DNA of 64,000 bases, from NCBI GenBank assembly GCA_043228905.1, contig JBHGNT010000006.1:4216001-4280000 (forward strand), given 5' to 3'. The notes under the pieces were generated by a model. The model saw nothing but the letters and a program-made list of their open reading frames with translations. It was not told the origin of the DNA and did no database searches. The position numbers and the translations under genes are program-made. How positions within the stretch are numbered: position 1 is the first letter of the stretch; each line of letters begins with the position of its first letter. Below are positions 23,322-35,501 of the stretch, one piece after another. Source of the stretch: Azolla caroliniana. Its lineage: Eukaryota > Plantae > Polypodiophyta.

Positions 23322-24424
23322 CAAATGTACGATAGAGGCGAAACCGAAGAAACCTTGTACCATAAGTAGGAAGTTTTGTTTCTCTGACAACGGAGGGTGT
23401 ACGATAGTCAGCGTCGTTGGCCGAGAAAAGACAAGGATAGAAGAGCAATTTCGGGCGTGCGGAGTTCTCGGGCCGAGCGAGGAAATCAACGGAGCCATGG
23501 AGGCGGTCTCCTTCTACGATACCTTGGGAATACTGCGAGAGGTGGTCGGAGAAGGCCTTAAAGAGGACCGGAGGATACCGGTTTGTTCAGAAGAGATGTA
23601 CGAAGTCATCGCGGACTTCAGTCGAGGGCTCGAGTCGGATCGGACGGCCTGGGTTAACACGAAGTACAAGACTGTGTACTGAGAGCTCACATCCCAGAGC
23701 TGATGGAGCTATTGAGACAGTAAGTCGATATGGGCATCCTCGAACCGTTGAGTGCCTCGTACTCGAACCGGTGGTTTACCGTACCGAAGAAGAACGGGAC
23801 GTTGCGCTTCATTCAAGACCTGCAACCGGTCAACAGAGTGACCATTCGGAACGCAGGAATCGGACCAACGATAGACGAGTTCATGGAGGCCTTCACCGGA
23901 AGGTCGATCTACTCGGTCGGTGATCTGTACTCGAGGTATGATCAGTTCCAACTAGCCGTAGAGAGCAGAGACATTACGACGATGCGGACTCCTCTCGGCC
24001 TAGTGCGGATGTGTACCCTGCCACAAGGAGGGACGAACTCGGTGGCCCACATGGTGAATGCGATGAACAAGGTGCTGAGGGATTGTATCCCGGACATCAC
24101 CATGCCATTCTTGGACGACATCCCAATCAAGGGATGTCCAGTGGAGAAAAGGGACGAAACAATCGGACCGGATGGATGCCGGAAATTCGTGGCAACACAC
24201 ATTGACGACTGCGAGAGGGTGCTGCAGAGGCTAGAGGACGCGAGGCTCACCTTCTCCGGGGAGAAATCGGTCGTCGGACATCTATGCGGACCGTATGGCC
24301 GGAAACCGTCTCCGGCTAAGGTAGAAGCCATCTCCGCAATGAAGCCCGACTGTAACTCGGTCACGGAGGTACGGAGGTTCTTGGGAGCATGCGCTTTCTA
24401 CCACATATGGATCCCGCATTACGC

Positions 24425-25188
24425 TGTCGTGAAGAATTTCGGCCATAGGCGAAAACCGGGAAACATTGTCTACATCGGCGGGGTGCAGCGTGTGTACGCA
24501 CCCATGTACATTTGGTGTGAATATCGAGGGCACCTTTATGGCGCCGAAGAGTAGTCAAATCGGGACAGACGATCCCATGAAAGTCGGGATTTGTCCCACA
24601 TTGTAACGCATCCCTCTCCTTGTTCTATAAAAGGGAGGGAACGCCCTTTGTAAAAGGGTTGCCCATTTTGCATTAGAGGGTATACCGGTAGGTTTAGGGT
24701 TAGGTTTCTTCTGCTTCTTCTTCTTCCCCTTCGTGTTCGTTTAGGGTTGGCTGCAACTTATCTCCTGTGCAAGACCCCGCTCGGCACGACGAGCCCGAGA
24801 GCTCCCCGACGGCGGCTTGATAGGAGACGACTGTTGTAAACTATCCTGGTCCGGCTCGAAGCCGGGAGTGTATTCTTCTTATATATATATACATATACGT
24901 TTGCGTCTGTCTGTGTATATTGGCGTCTAGTTGGTGTCGGGTGCTCCCCTCCTTCCCTGCGTTTCCTGTACAAGAGGGCATGTGTGCGTGTGTGCATGTA
25001 TGTGTGTGTGTGCGCATGAGTCGGTGTCAAGCACGCCCTCTCACTCCCTCTCTCTCTCCGGCTGCTTCCGGTGCATTTCAGGGGTGCCCCAGAAAACGGT
25101 GAAGTGCGACTTCCTACGCTCCGTCGCTCCCTAGTCCAAGACCCCCGTGGTCCCGCCTTTCTCCACGCACGCGCGTAACAATGCGACA
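24425..25188 (+). mobile_element. Solo LTR of a B-type subfamily inserted in pol of element A
   Basis: TGTCGTGAAG...ATGCGACA. Homologous to the B LTRs. 4-bp TSD ACGC. Pol reads IPHYA|HIAEPL across it. Confidence 0.95.
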
Positions 25189-28100
25189 ACGCCCACATTG
25201 CCGAGCCGCTATACGGGTTGCTGAAAAAGGGGCGAAAATTCCAGTGGCGGGACGAGCATACGGAGTCGGTCCGAAAGATGAAGGAGGCTCTTGCTGCAGC
25301 TCTGGCACTCCGGAAGGCTGTCTACGAGAAAGGTACTCCCATCTACATGACGGTAGATACGAGTCCGACCGGGATCGGATGGGTCGTCAACCAAGAAGAT
25401 GAGGACGGCATTCGGTTCCCAATCCGGTTCGGCGCGAAGGTCCTCAGCGAGCGACAACGAGGATACGCCCAGGTTAAATGCGAACTCTGGGGTATCGTTT
25501 CGGCGGTGAAGGCCAATAAAGACTATCTGATCGGGATAGAAGTGATTATCGAGACAGACTGCCTGCCAATTCTCGGCATGGTTTCCGGATGCGCAACCCC
25601 AGACCTGGCAATGCTCAGGTGGATAGCGTACATCAAGTCCCTGCGCCCGGAAATACGACACATTTCCGGGAAAGACAATGCCATGGCCGACATGCTTTCG
25701 AGGGCGCGATTCGACGACGAAGGCGGCATGGTTTCGGAGGATGAGGAAGTCGGCGTGGACTTCTTCGAAGCGGCTTACGTAAGAACCGAGGGGGGGAGCA
25801 CTCTGGCGCTTAACAATTTCAACGAGAGCAAGTACGACGGGGAGTGGCTGCAGATTGGGGGATTCTTAAGGACCATGACGCCGGACGCGTCATAGACAAA
25901 GAACGAGGCCAACTGGATCCGGAAGAAAGCGTACCGATTCTTTCTCCGGGACGGATACTTGTGGAAGCACCCGAAGAAGAGAAACGGCATCCCACTCCGA
26001 GTAGTGGCGATGAAGGAGGAACATGAGGAGTTGCTGAAGGCCTACCACGACAGCCCCTGGGCTGGACACCGTGGGACGTGGGCCACGTTCGAGAAACTAA
26101 AGGGGAAGTACTGGTGGCCGGGATTGTATCGGGACGTGCATCGGTTCGTGACAACTTGTGAGAGCTGTCAGGTACACTCCATAGTCCGACATCGGGACGA
26201 GCTTCACCCTACATACCCTCCGGCCATCCACTTCAAATGGATGGTAGATTTGGTGACGATGCCGATGGGCGTAGGGCAGATGCGATATCTGGTGTTGGCC
26301 CGGGAGGACCTGACGAACCAGGTGGAAGGCCAAGCCCTGCAGAACAAAACGATTGCGGCCGTGTGTCGGTTCCTGATCGAGGACGTGATATGCCGGTACG
26401 GGTGCGTCGGGAAGATCGTGGCTGACCGCGGGGAGTTGGACGCCGAAGAGGCCGAGGCGTTGTTCGACCGGTTAGGGGTCAAGCTCTCGCTCACCACAGC
26501 GTACTATCCGAAGGCGAACGGGAAGGTGAAGCGCGGACACGGACCGATTGTCAAAGCGCTAGTCCAGGCATGCGGAGGCCAGGTCGGGAACTGGCCACGA
26601 CTGTTACCTTATGCCTTGTGGGTGGACCGGACAACGCACAATTTGGTAACCGGGTTCATGCCGTCAGAGCTCATGTTCGGACAAAAGCCGATCATGCCGA
26701 TGGAACGGACGATCTCCTCTTGGGCGACAGTGAACTGGAGAGACGAGATGAGCTGGGAAGAACTGCTAGCGGCGCGTATATGGCAGCTCGAGCGGAGGCC
26801 AGGGGACGTGGAACAAGCGGCGGAGAGACTTCGGATGGCGAGGATAAGGAATAAAGCCTGGTTCGACCGAACGCATTGGCTCCGACCAAAGAAAATCGAG
26901 GAAGGCGACTGGGTGCTAGTCTACAACAGCAGCCTCGACAACCAGCACCGAGCAACACGGAAGCTTGCAAAGCGGTGGTTCGGGCCTTACGTGGTAACGA
27001 GCGCCAACAACAACGGGACGTATCACCTGGCGGAACTCGACGGTACGAGGATGGCGGTACCGGTAGCAGGGAAGCGGATCAAGGCGTTCAAGAAGCACCA
27101 CAACAGCGAACCGGATGTAAGAGGCCTGGACAGCGACGACGAACAGTCCGAAACGAAGGACGAACCGATGAACGAGGAACCGGAACCCGGAACGGTTTTC
27201 TCCAACCAGAACCCAATTTTGGCGCATACCGGTGGATGCGCGGTTAGGTGGGGGCGGATGTCGTGAAGAAAACCGTCCCTTAGCGCAATCGGTGTATAGC
27301 GCGCGCGAACCGGCTCTTCACGCGTGCGCGCCCTCTAATGTATATAATAAAGGATTAGGTACAAAGGTATATCCTAGGTAGTTAGATTCGATAGGTAGGA
27401 AGTTAATGAGGGAAGCGGCTCCCTTCTTGAAGCTATAAAAGAGAGGGAGGCGCGGGGAGAAAGGGATCGCGCATTGAGGAGGATGAACTGTTGTCGGACC
27501 GTAACCGAACGCTTCTCCTCTGTTCATTCTCCATCGCTCTTCTCTGCAGGATTTCGGGAGGCTCACGCTGCTTCGAGGAACGCCCGTGTGCTTCCGGCAG
27601 CACCTCCATCCTATCCCCTTTCGTGCGCAGACGAGCAGGCATCAGCATCTGTTCGCCGGCCTATTCAGTTGTAACCGCTCGCGTGCTCTGTTGTTTTGTG
27701 TCATTTGTTAATATACAAACATTCGTGTCTCTCTGTCTCTGTGTCGATTCGTGTTTTTTGCGTTGACGGGCCATGTCCCTGTGTTTCTTTGCTCATACGT
27801 AACCGGTCGTCTCTCTCTTTCTCTTTCCCCTCCTATCACCTGCTCTTCGGTTCAAGACCCCGGTGGTCCCGCCTCATTTCTCCACGCACGCGCGTAGTAA
27901 CGCGACAACGGTTCCCAATTAAAAGGGGCTTTGATAGTTTCTTGCAAGTTAAGTCCCGAAGGATGCTCTTCGAGTTCGGTGGTGACGGCACCTTGAAGTT
28001 TTACATTGGGAATACAATGACGTTACGTAAAGAAAAGCCTCCCAAACTTAAAGTGAAAAACTATGTAGACCTAGAATGAAATTTGGTTTATGTAGAGGAA

Positions 28101-31100
28101 GATGGGGTATTGTCGCCGGGAAAATGCAAATTGGAGTTGGGGAAGACCTTCACGTATGGGAAACTTTGAAATATTGAGTATGAGGATTCTGATTCCCCAA
28201 ATCTTACCCTTGATATAGAAAGCTCAGGGGTTCTAGACGTGTTCTAGTTAATGAAGGAAACCTGATGATAGACTACCGCACTCCTAAAGTATTATGTAAA
28301 GATATTCAGTCAAACAATAATATAATTGTGGCTCTTCTTCCTTACCTTACAAGGGAGCTAATGGTTGTAGAGGCAAAGATGCCTCTAAAGAAGTCTCAAA
28401 AGTCTAAACCAGGGCAAAAGAAGTACAAGAAAAGAGCACAACGTGATGACGACAAACTTGATGTAGTTGAGTTCGTAGAAGAGGAGGATGAGGAGCAACA
28501 ACTTGAAGTTGTTCCTCCAGGGGAACAAATGCCATCAGGTATACTCACCTCAGAGCAAAATAAAATAAGGGAGAATATTGTCAAGACAAAGCTTGTTCGT
28601 AAAGGCTAGCGTTTTCAATTGCCAATTTGTTCGATTCAAAGGCCTCCAATGGATCCCGTGACCAGAAGACGTCCACTAGAAATTTGAGAGCCCCATTCTA
28701 TGCCGTGCAGAACCTAAAAAGTAAAATGAAGATTAATCCCCATGCAACAATGGTACCATTTCCAGTGATGGTCGACCCTGAACAATGTCCCACACCTAGA
28801 GATTTCAAGTACAGTTCGGCTGATGACTATACATAATCTGTCATAGGAGTATCTCATTCGGTAGAAGCTAGACGTCGACTCGTCAAAGAATATCCTCTAA
28901 CCCCATTTTTCAAGTACGCGGAATGCAAGGAGTACGCAGGTCTAACACATGAAGAGGCAAAGTTATTGGCTTGGAACCATAATAACGACCACAAACAAAA
29001 AATGGCATGTATAGAACGCATAAGATTCTTTCATCACGAGTATCTTGATACATTGCAAAGATATGGTCCTAGGCTACATCCTGGACTGCGTCGCCAATGT
29101 TTATTGGAGGTGGGGATAACTATAGATGAAAGCACAAAGTCAGAAGGATTGAGGAAATATGATTCGTGGTTGCAACTAGCTTTTTAGAACAAGGGAGGTG
29201 TGGGACTTGCAAGATCAAATATTTAGTATGTGGGAGCGGAAAGAGGTGAAAGATCAACAATCAAAGAAGGCTAAGATGGATCCACAAGTGGAGAGGAAAT
29301 CAAAATCACGTAAAAGTTATTTGATAATCGAGGAGCTACCTGAAGACATGAAGCTGCCCCCTTGGCGGTCTTTACAAGGCATTAAAGATGACATGTTATT
29401 GATATCTGTACTTTCATGAGTAGCTGCCAAGGAGCTCAGCTTGGAAGAGATGATTACTGAGTTTTAGAAGTAAGTATATTGGTTATTGTAATGATTAGCT
29501 TCTTGTATTGTTTTAATGATTAACCAATGATTTTTTTGTTTGTAGCCATAAAGTGTACAGGAAGATCCACGAATTGATGACTGCCTACATGAGAGGAGGT
29601 AGAACATGCATTCCTGATGACATCATCATACAAGGCTCTTGAAGAATTCTTTATTTTATAAGAATGGGTGTGTATCTTTAAGCTTTTAATTGAATTTTTT
29701 ATTGTGAATTTCAACACTAACCAAATACATATTGATTGCAAAAACCACTTCGTTCCAAAAAAGTTGGAGATACAAATGAAGGTATACCAAACTCATTTAT
29801 TACACATCTAGAACGGGCGAAGTATGAGAAGAGAATGATGAAAGGGAAGGAATTGGAAGTGACTAAGGATGCCAAAACCTTCAAAAGTTTTTTGCACAGA
29901 ACCGACCCTTTTCGTTCATTGTATTATAGTGTATTTAATGGGGAAGTGGGTAATATGCTAAACATATTACCTAAGAAGCACTGTTACTTTATTGATCGCA
30001 GACATTCCGTATGCATTCCGGATCACGGGATCCATGTACGATGATTTGCCATATAAATATCCCCAGATCGAGAAAATGGTGAAAGACTTCGCAAAATTGA
30101 CCCTTGCACCATTGTATCGGATTGTTACATTCCACAACATGGGGCAATCATTATCGGTCACAACTACGTTAAAGTCTAGATGTCATGTGACATAACATAT
30201 ACATTGGTAAGCTATATTTGTTTGATTTACAATTTTATTTGTTGTTTTCATATTATGTTGTAAAATGTTTATTATTTACATGAATGTATGATGTTAATAG
30301 GATTAAAACGAATATCATGCATAGTCCGGGATATCGGATGGTCAGTGCAATAGAACATCTTTGTGTGGGGTACTACGATGTGATTACAAAAAAGAAAGTT
30401 TGAGCACATGAATGAAAGAAACGTTGTGAACTATATCATGTGCCCAACAGTGACAAAGAAGCTATGTCGTGTATCTGGCAATAAGACCCCTACCAAAAAC
30501 CACAAAGACTGATCAATCGGTTGATCAAGCTATTCTCTAACCCAGATGATTGGGTTTTAGATTTATTCTCTAGCACAAGTATATAATATAAGACTTATAT
30601 CATTAATTTGGATTAATGTAGAATGCATCATTCAGATTATTTAAACATGTGCAATTTCATTTGACTTTCAGGTACTACTATAGTATGTGCATTAAAGATG
30701 TTCAAGAACTGTGTTGCTTTGGAAAAGGACCTTGAGCAAGTAAACTTCATCAAAATGACGATCCAAGGAATCTAGGATTGTCTCAATAAAGACCAAGAAG
30801 TCGGGGGAAAACATACAAATGAAACAGAGATGTTCCAGATGACTTCGAGAGAACCAATGGAACCAATTGATGATGAACCAGGGGACCTTGTAGACTTAGA
30901 AGACGTATCAGATTCTAAACATAATCATGATTCTGCTAAGCATACTAAAGAAGCCAACGAGGGTAATCTTGACCAAATAGCAAATCTTGAAGAGCCTGCG
31001 TTACTAGACTTATTGTTAGATTAATAAATGCATACGACTTTTAAACATTGACTAATTATTGTAAAATTCTCTGTTAATATATAATTCGAGTTTATGTATA

Positions 31101-31107
31101 AAGTGAC

Positions 31108-31633
31108 GTTTGACTAATGGACTTAAAAATTGAGTTTAATTAGTATGTGTACATGTTGGCTTTGGTCCCCATTCTTGTTTGCCAGGGTATTGGTGAATCT
31201 GAATTTATAGTTTGACAATTGTTATTATTTGGCAAGTTATTGTCCAGCCAATGAACTTAAAGCTTGAGTTTAATTAGTATGTGTACTGATGTTTCCTTTG
31301 CTCTCCCTCCATTCTTGTTTGGGGTAATCTTGAATCTAAATTGATACTTTGACATATGTTATAATTGGCAAGTTATTGTGTATGGGTTCTTTGCATATCG
31401 AAAGTGTCATGTGTCATGTGTCATTGATTGGAATAATTTTCTCGACATAATTGTATCTCATAGTTGCAACCCTTACAATTTCCTTTAAGATGTCTTATAT
31501 ATAAATTTACGGACAAAATTAGCAAAAGACACTTATTTAGTGGGGTTTAATTATCATATTATGTAAAATGAAGACACAAAATTAGCGAAAGTCAATTATT
31601 TAGTAGGGTATGATTTTCATATAATGTAAAATG
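31108..31633. repeat. Local degenerate duplications between the two methyltransferase copies
   Basis: TTGAGTTTAATTAGTATGTGTAC..GGCAAGTTATTGT occurs twice (~31130, ~31265). AAAATTAGC..TTATTTAGT..ATGTAAAATG occurs twice (~31515, ~31579). Confidence 0.7.
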
Positions 31634-32400
31634 GTTGGTAGTACAATTATACTTGCATGGACTTCTAGACCTTATCTAAGAATTGGATAAATAATTTGGT
31701 ACGGAGAACATGAGACTATTGCTTTTGTGGTCGTGATATTATATAGTTCTAAAATTGGCTAAGTTTTGATAAACCATGTACGCATGCGTCACACCTTCTA
31801 GAAAGACTCTTAAAATAAGGGATTTTTTAACATTGTCGCCGAGATGTCAAAAAGAGAATGTGACATATTACCTGTTACAAATGACTTGGTGTTAGTTTTG
31901 ATTTTCCCATCAATACATTAGTATTGATATTTGTCATTTGAAATGTTCTCCAATGAAGGAGATTGGATACTAGATTTGTTCTCCAACTCGGGTAAATTAT
32001 TATAACTTTGCTTGTTATGCCTTTAGAAATCAATATAGTTTATGTTTAGCTAAAACAATCTTCATTTTAAATTGTTAATGTGTACGACATCTTCATCTGC
32101 ATTGAAACTATTCAGAAATATTGTTGCACTTAAAAAGGATGATGAGCAAGTGAATTTCATTAACATGAGGATTAAAGCCTTAACATTTTCAATCTGCATC
32201 CCATGAACCTATTCCTCCATTACCTGGTGAACCTAGGGAGCTTATTGATTTTGTCGACGAGCTATTTGAAGACCCTATCATTGTTAGCTTATGTGGAGTA
32301 GATACTACTACCCAAATTTTGTAGGGGAGTTCTCAAAGGAAGAAGAGGAGAGCAGTGTGGATACCCTGATAACTATAGGATATGTTCAAATTGAAATATT
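31630..32400 (+). pseudogene. Second, diverged methyltransferase-like copy (SAM-binding half recognisable)
   Basis: MFSNEGDWILDLFSNS/G at 31943-31991 with an intron at the same position as in copy 1, then TTSSSALKLFRNIVALKKDDEQVNFINMRIKAL, and GEPRELIDF matching DEPGDLVDL of copy 1. Boundaries approximate. Confidence 0.75.
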
Positions 32401-35400
32401 AGTGCTCACGTCTAAGTTTAACAATTTTGACAGTTTATGAATATTGTATACATTTTTGGAGTTTTGAATTTATCAAAACTATTTATGAATATTGTCTACA
32501 TTTCTTGAGTTATGAATTTATGGATGTTGATGAGTACTCAATTTATAGATGATGACATAGTGCCTAAGAGCTATGAATTTATAGATGTTAATGAGTACTA
32601 AATTTACAGTGTTACTTCTTATACTTAAAACATTTTCAAGTCTAACAAAAGATGTCACTCCATTTCCGGAACCTACATCTCCTCAAGATGGTGAAACCAT
32701 TAATCTTAACTTGTGCCTTGAGTTAACCATTGTTATTTTCTTTAAGTTAACTACATTGCTATTTGTAGGCCATCAACGTTTACACATTTATTGAAAACTA
32801 TTCAATTTTAGAAATGATCATTTTGACACTTGTTCAATCTCAAAAAAATCAACAAATTTTATATGCTATTTAAAACATGTGATACTAGTGTATCAAGTTT
32901 CTGAAAACTGCCTAAAATCGCAAGATTATAAAAGGAATCTATAAGTGGAATGTGCGATCCTTCCACTTGTGAACGCGAACGTGTTACAATATGGCGAGCA
33001 TGCATGTGTCCAAACCATATTATATATATGTGTTCGAGTATTGACGAACCAATTTAATATAATAACAACAATTGAACACTTAATCAAACTTTTCCACTTT
33101 AAGTAGATAAATAGGAGGAAACAATAATAAATATTGTGAGTTTATAAAACAAACCCAATATTTACAAGATTGAAACCCATGTACGTACTAGGTGAAAACA
33201 ATATGAGAAAGAAGAGAGTTGTGGGTATCCTTGATCTAGTGCAGAAAATGTACAAATGATGACAATGTCCCTTGGTCATTGTAGGCCTCCTAAGTCCTAG
33301 GTGTTGAAATTTGTGTACTAGGGTTAGGGTTAGCGTGAGAATACACAGACACACATGAGCGAGAGAGAGAGAGAGAGTATGCACAATGAGCTATTATATT
33401 TAGAAATACTTATTGCTTTATATAGCCTTGATTACAAAAAATGAGACCAACCCTAGATACTATTCACATGAGGGTCCCCATCTAAGGTATGTTTACACAT
33501 ACGTCTAGGGCCCCCATATTTCTAACACTCCTCCTTAACCCTAGGTCCTACAATGTAGGATTACAAAATGTCCACGATGGAGAAAGTCTTTATGCAGTAT
33601 TACAAAATCCCACTATGAGGTAAGTGTTATGCGTTACAACTATACTTCTAGCTCACCACGTACAACTCCACTACCTAATTGTAATATGTATCTGCTGGTA
33701 GATCTTCTATCTGTTGGGCTTCCTACCTAGTCATCATCTGTGTACCTGCTCATCCGAACTGGTGCTAATGCACCATACCAAACTCCAAAGTCCGTTGTGG
33801 ATTTAACATGTCTCAAGATCCTCTTAACACAATCTAGATGGGGCTTTCAAGGGTTTTGCATGAACTAACCCACAAATCCTACCGCATAGCTCAGATATGA
33901 ACGGGTAATCGTGAGGTACATCAATCCACCCACAATCTTCCTATACATGGTTGAGTCCTCCAAACTTGGTCCAACATCCGCGTGGAACTTTGTGTTCTAC
34001 TCTAGAGGGTTGGATATCCCTTTGCAATCCACCATGCCAAATTCTTCAGTAGCTCCATGACATATTGATATTGTGAGAGCCACATTTCATCTGTTGAGCA
34101 AACGATCTCGATCCCAAGAAAGTAATGCAACTCTCCTCGATCCTTCATCTTGAACTTTTCTTCAAGCATGTTCTTCGCTTCCTCAATATGCTCCGTTGTA
34201 TCTCCTCCTATCATGAGATCATCGACGTATATTACCACAAATATGATGTCTTCTTTGTCCTGATGGACATATAATGAGTGATTGGATGTTGATATTTGAA
34301 AGCCAATCCACTCCAAGTGTTCTATTTTAATTTGTTTTACCAAGTGCCTTCTACAATCTATACACTAGTTTGGCGTTGCCTTGTTTCTCGCATCCTTGCA
34401 GTTGTTGCATATAAACTTCTTCCTCTAGTTCCCCTTGAAGAAATGCCTTCTTCACATCCATATGTTGTAGATGTCATCCTTTACTTGTTGCTAGGCTCAG
34501 TATTAAGCGTATCGTTGCAATTTTTGCAACTAGTGTGAACGTTTCTTCATAATCTATGCCTTTGAGTTTGGGTATAGCCTTTCATTTCTACTCGCGCTTT
34601 GTCATGGCTTATTGCTCCATCAACATCATGCTTGATCTTGAATACCCACTTGCACCCTATTGCTTTTCTACCACTTGGTAGTGGGACTAGATCCCATGTC
34701 TGATTTTTCTGCAAGGTGTCCATTTCTTCTTTCATGGCTTCTATCCATTCTGGTTTCCCTCAAGCTTCATCAAAGCTAATTGGCTCTATCTTTTCTATTA
34801 CTTTGTCCATATAAGCATAATGCTTGACCATGTTGTAGAGAAACGAATCATCAATCCACAAGAAAAGGAATGCGCTGAAACATGCAACTTAGAAATACAA
34901 AAAACAATGTACACAGATTTAACGTGGAAATCCTAAAACGGGAGAAAAACCATGGAGAACGGAGCTTCACTATATAGTGGATATATAATGACAAGATTAG
35001 AGTACCACCCTCTCTACACAGAGTGTAAACAGCCTCGCAGGGCTCTTGGCGTATGCTGTTACTAAACACAGTTATTGTCAGGAATAGTACTAAAACAGAG
35101 ATGGAATTAGTACTAAAGAACAGCAGTACTATTAGTACTAAGAGGACGAGACTGCGTAAGATTCCCGAGAGAGGAAGTGAGAAGAGGAGAGAGAGAGATA
35201 GCGAGAATGAGAGAGAGAGAGATGATGACAGCAACTAATATATTATGTGAAAAGATAAGTACAAGCGGCTAAGAGGCTTAAGACTGGCGTTGAACCAATT
35301 TGGTTCAAAACAATGCCTTGTGCCTCCTTTTATAGTGTTTTTAGGAATAATCCTGAAGCTTCTAGAATGTTCCAGAGAGATCTGGAATATACATCAATTT

Positions 35401-35448
35401 TCTATGATAAAGTATAAATGAAAATAATATCCTACAAAATACAATTCA

Positions 35449-35501
35449 TAGTCTAATGGTAAGAGCTCGACCCATGTAGCATAAAGTCATGGGTTCGAGT
35501 C
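35449..35501 (+). promoter_or_regulatory. tRNA-like Pol III A box/B box in the chromovirus 3' LTR
   Basis: TAGTCTAATGG(TAAG) ... GGTTCGAGTC with tRNA-like spacing, antisense to the element. Confidence 0.65.

Larger units (their letters stand above)
9832..27907 (+). mobile_element. Element A: full-length, decayed Ty3/Gypsy of fungal (Ylt1-like) type
   Basis: 5' LTR split into 9832-9896 and 20521-21106. 3' LTR 27259-27907. About 31 LTR differences by eye (~5%). 4-bp TSD ACGG. PBS 21111-21128. Gag knuckle CMWCDEVGHIRKDC, protease VDHGSEIN, RT FLDD, RNase H VDTS, integrase H-H-C-C/DRGE/FGPY. PPT GGTGGGGGCGGA. Confidence 0.95.
9795..31024 (+). pseudogene. ParB-like domain fused to a beta-class amino-DNA methyltransferase (N6-mA/N4-mC). 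Intron-containing, and split by the 18-kb retroelement stack at codon ~12 (segments 9795-9831 and 27912-31024)
   Basis: The frame MLKIR|FPIKRG continues across the TSD. ParB-like VIG(V)SHSVEARRRL at ~28840. Catalytic LLIADIPY (DIPY at 30001-30012). W/IK..SAIEHLCVGYY across intron ~30207-30300. PYQKPQRLINRLIKLFSNPDDWVLDLFSST/(S)TT..ALKMFKNCVALEKD across intron 30579-30671. Acidic tail to TAA 31024. Several stops and frameshifts. Confidence 0.85.

Noticed and set aside
27912-31024. Bacterial contamination or recent bacterial insertion as the source of the methyltransferase
   Set aside because: The gene has GT-AG introns, host-like AT content and plant retroelements nested in it.
32820-33030. 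Possible right terminus (TIR) of the methyltransferase transposon
   Set aside because: No partner end is available because the left end is deleted, so neither TIR nor TSD can be verified.
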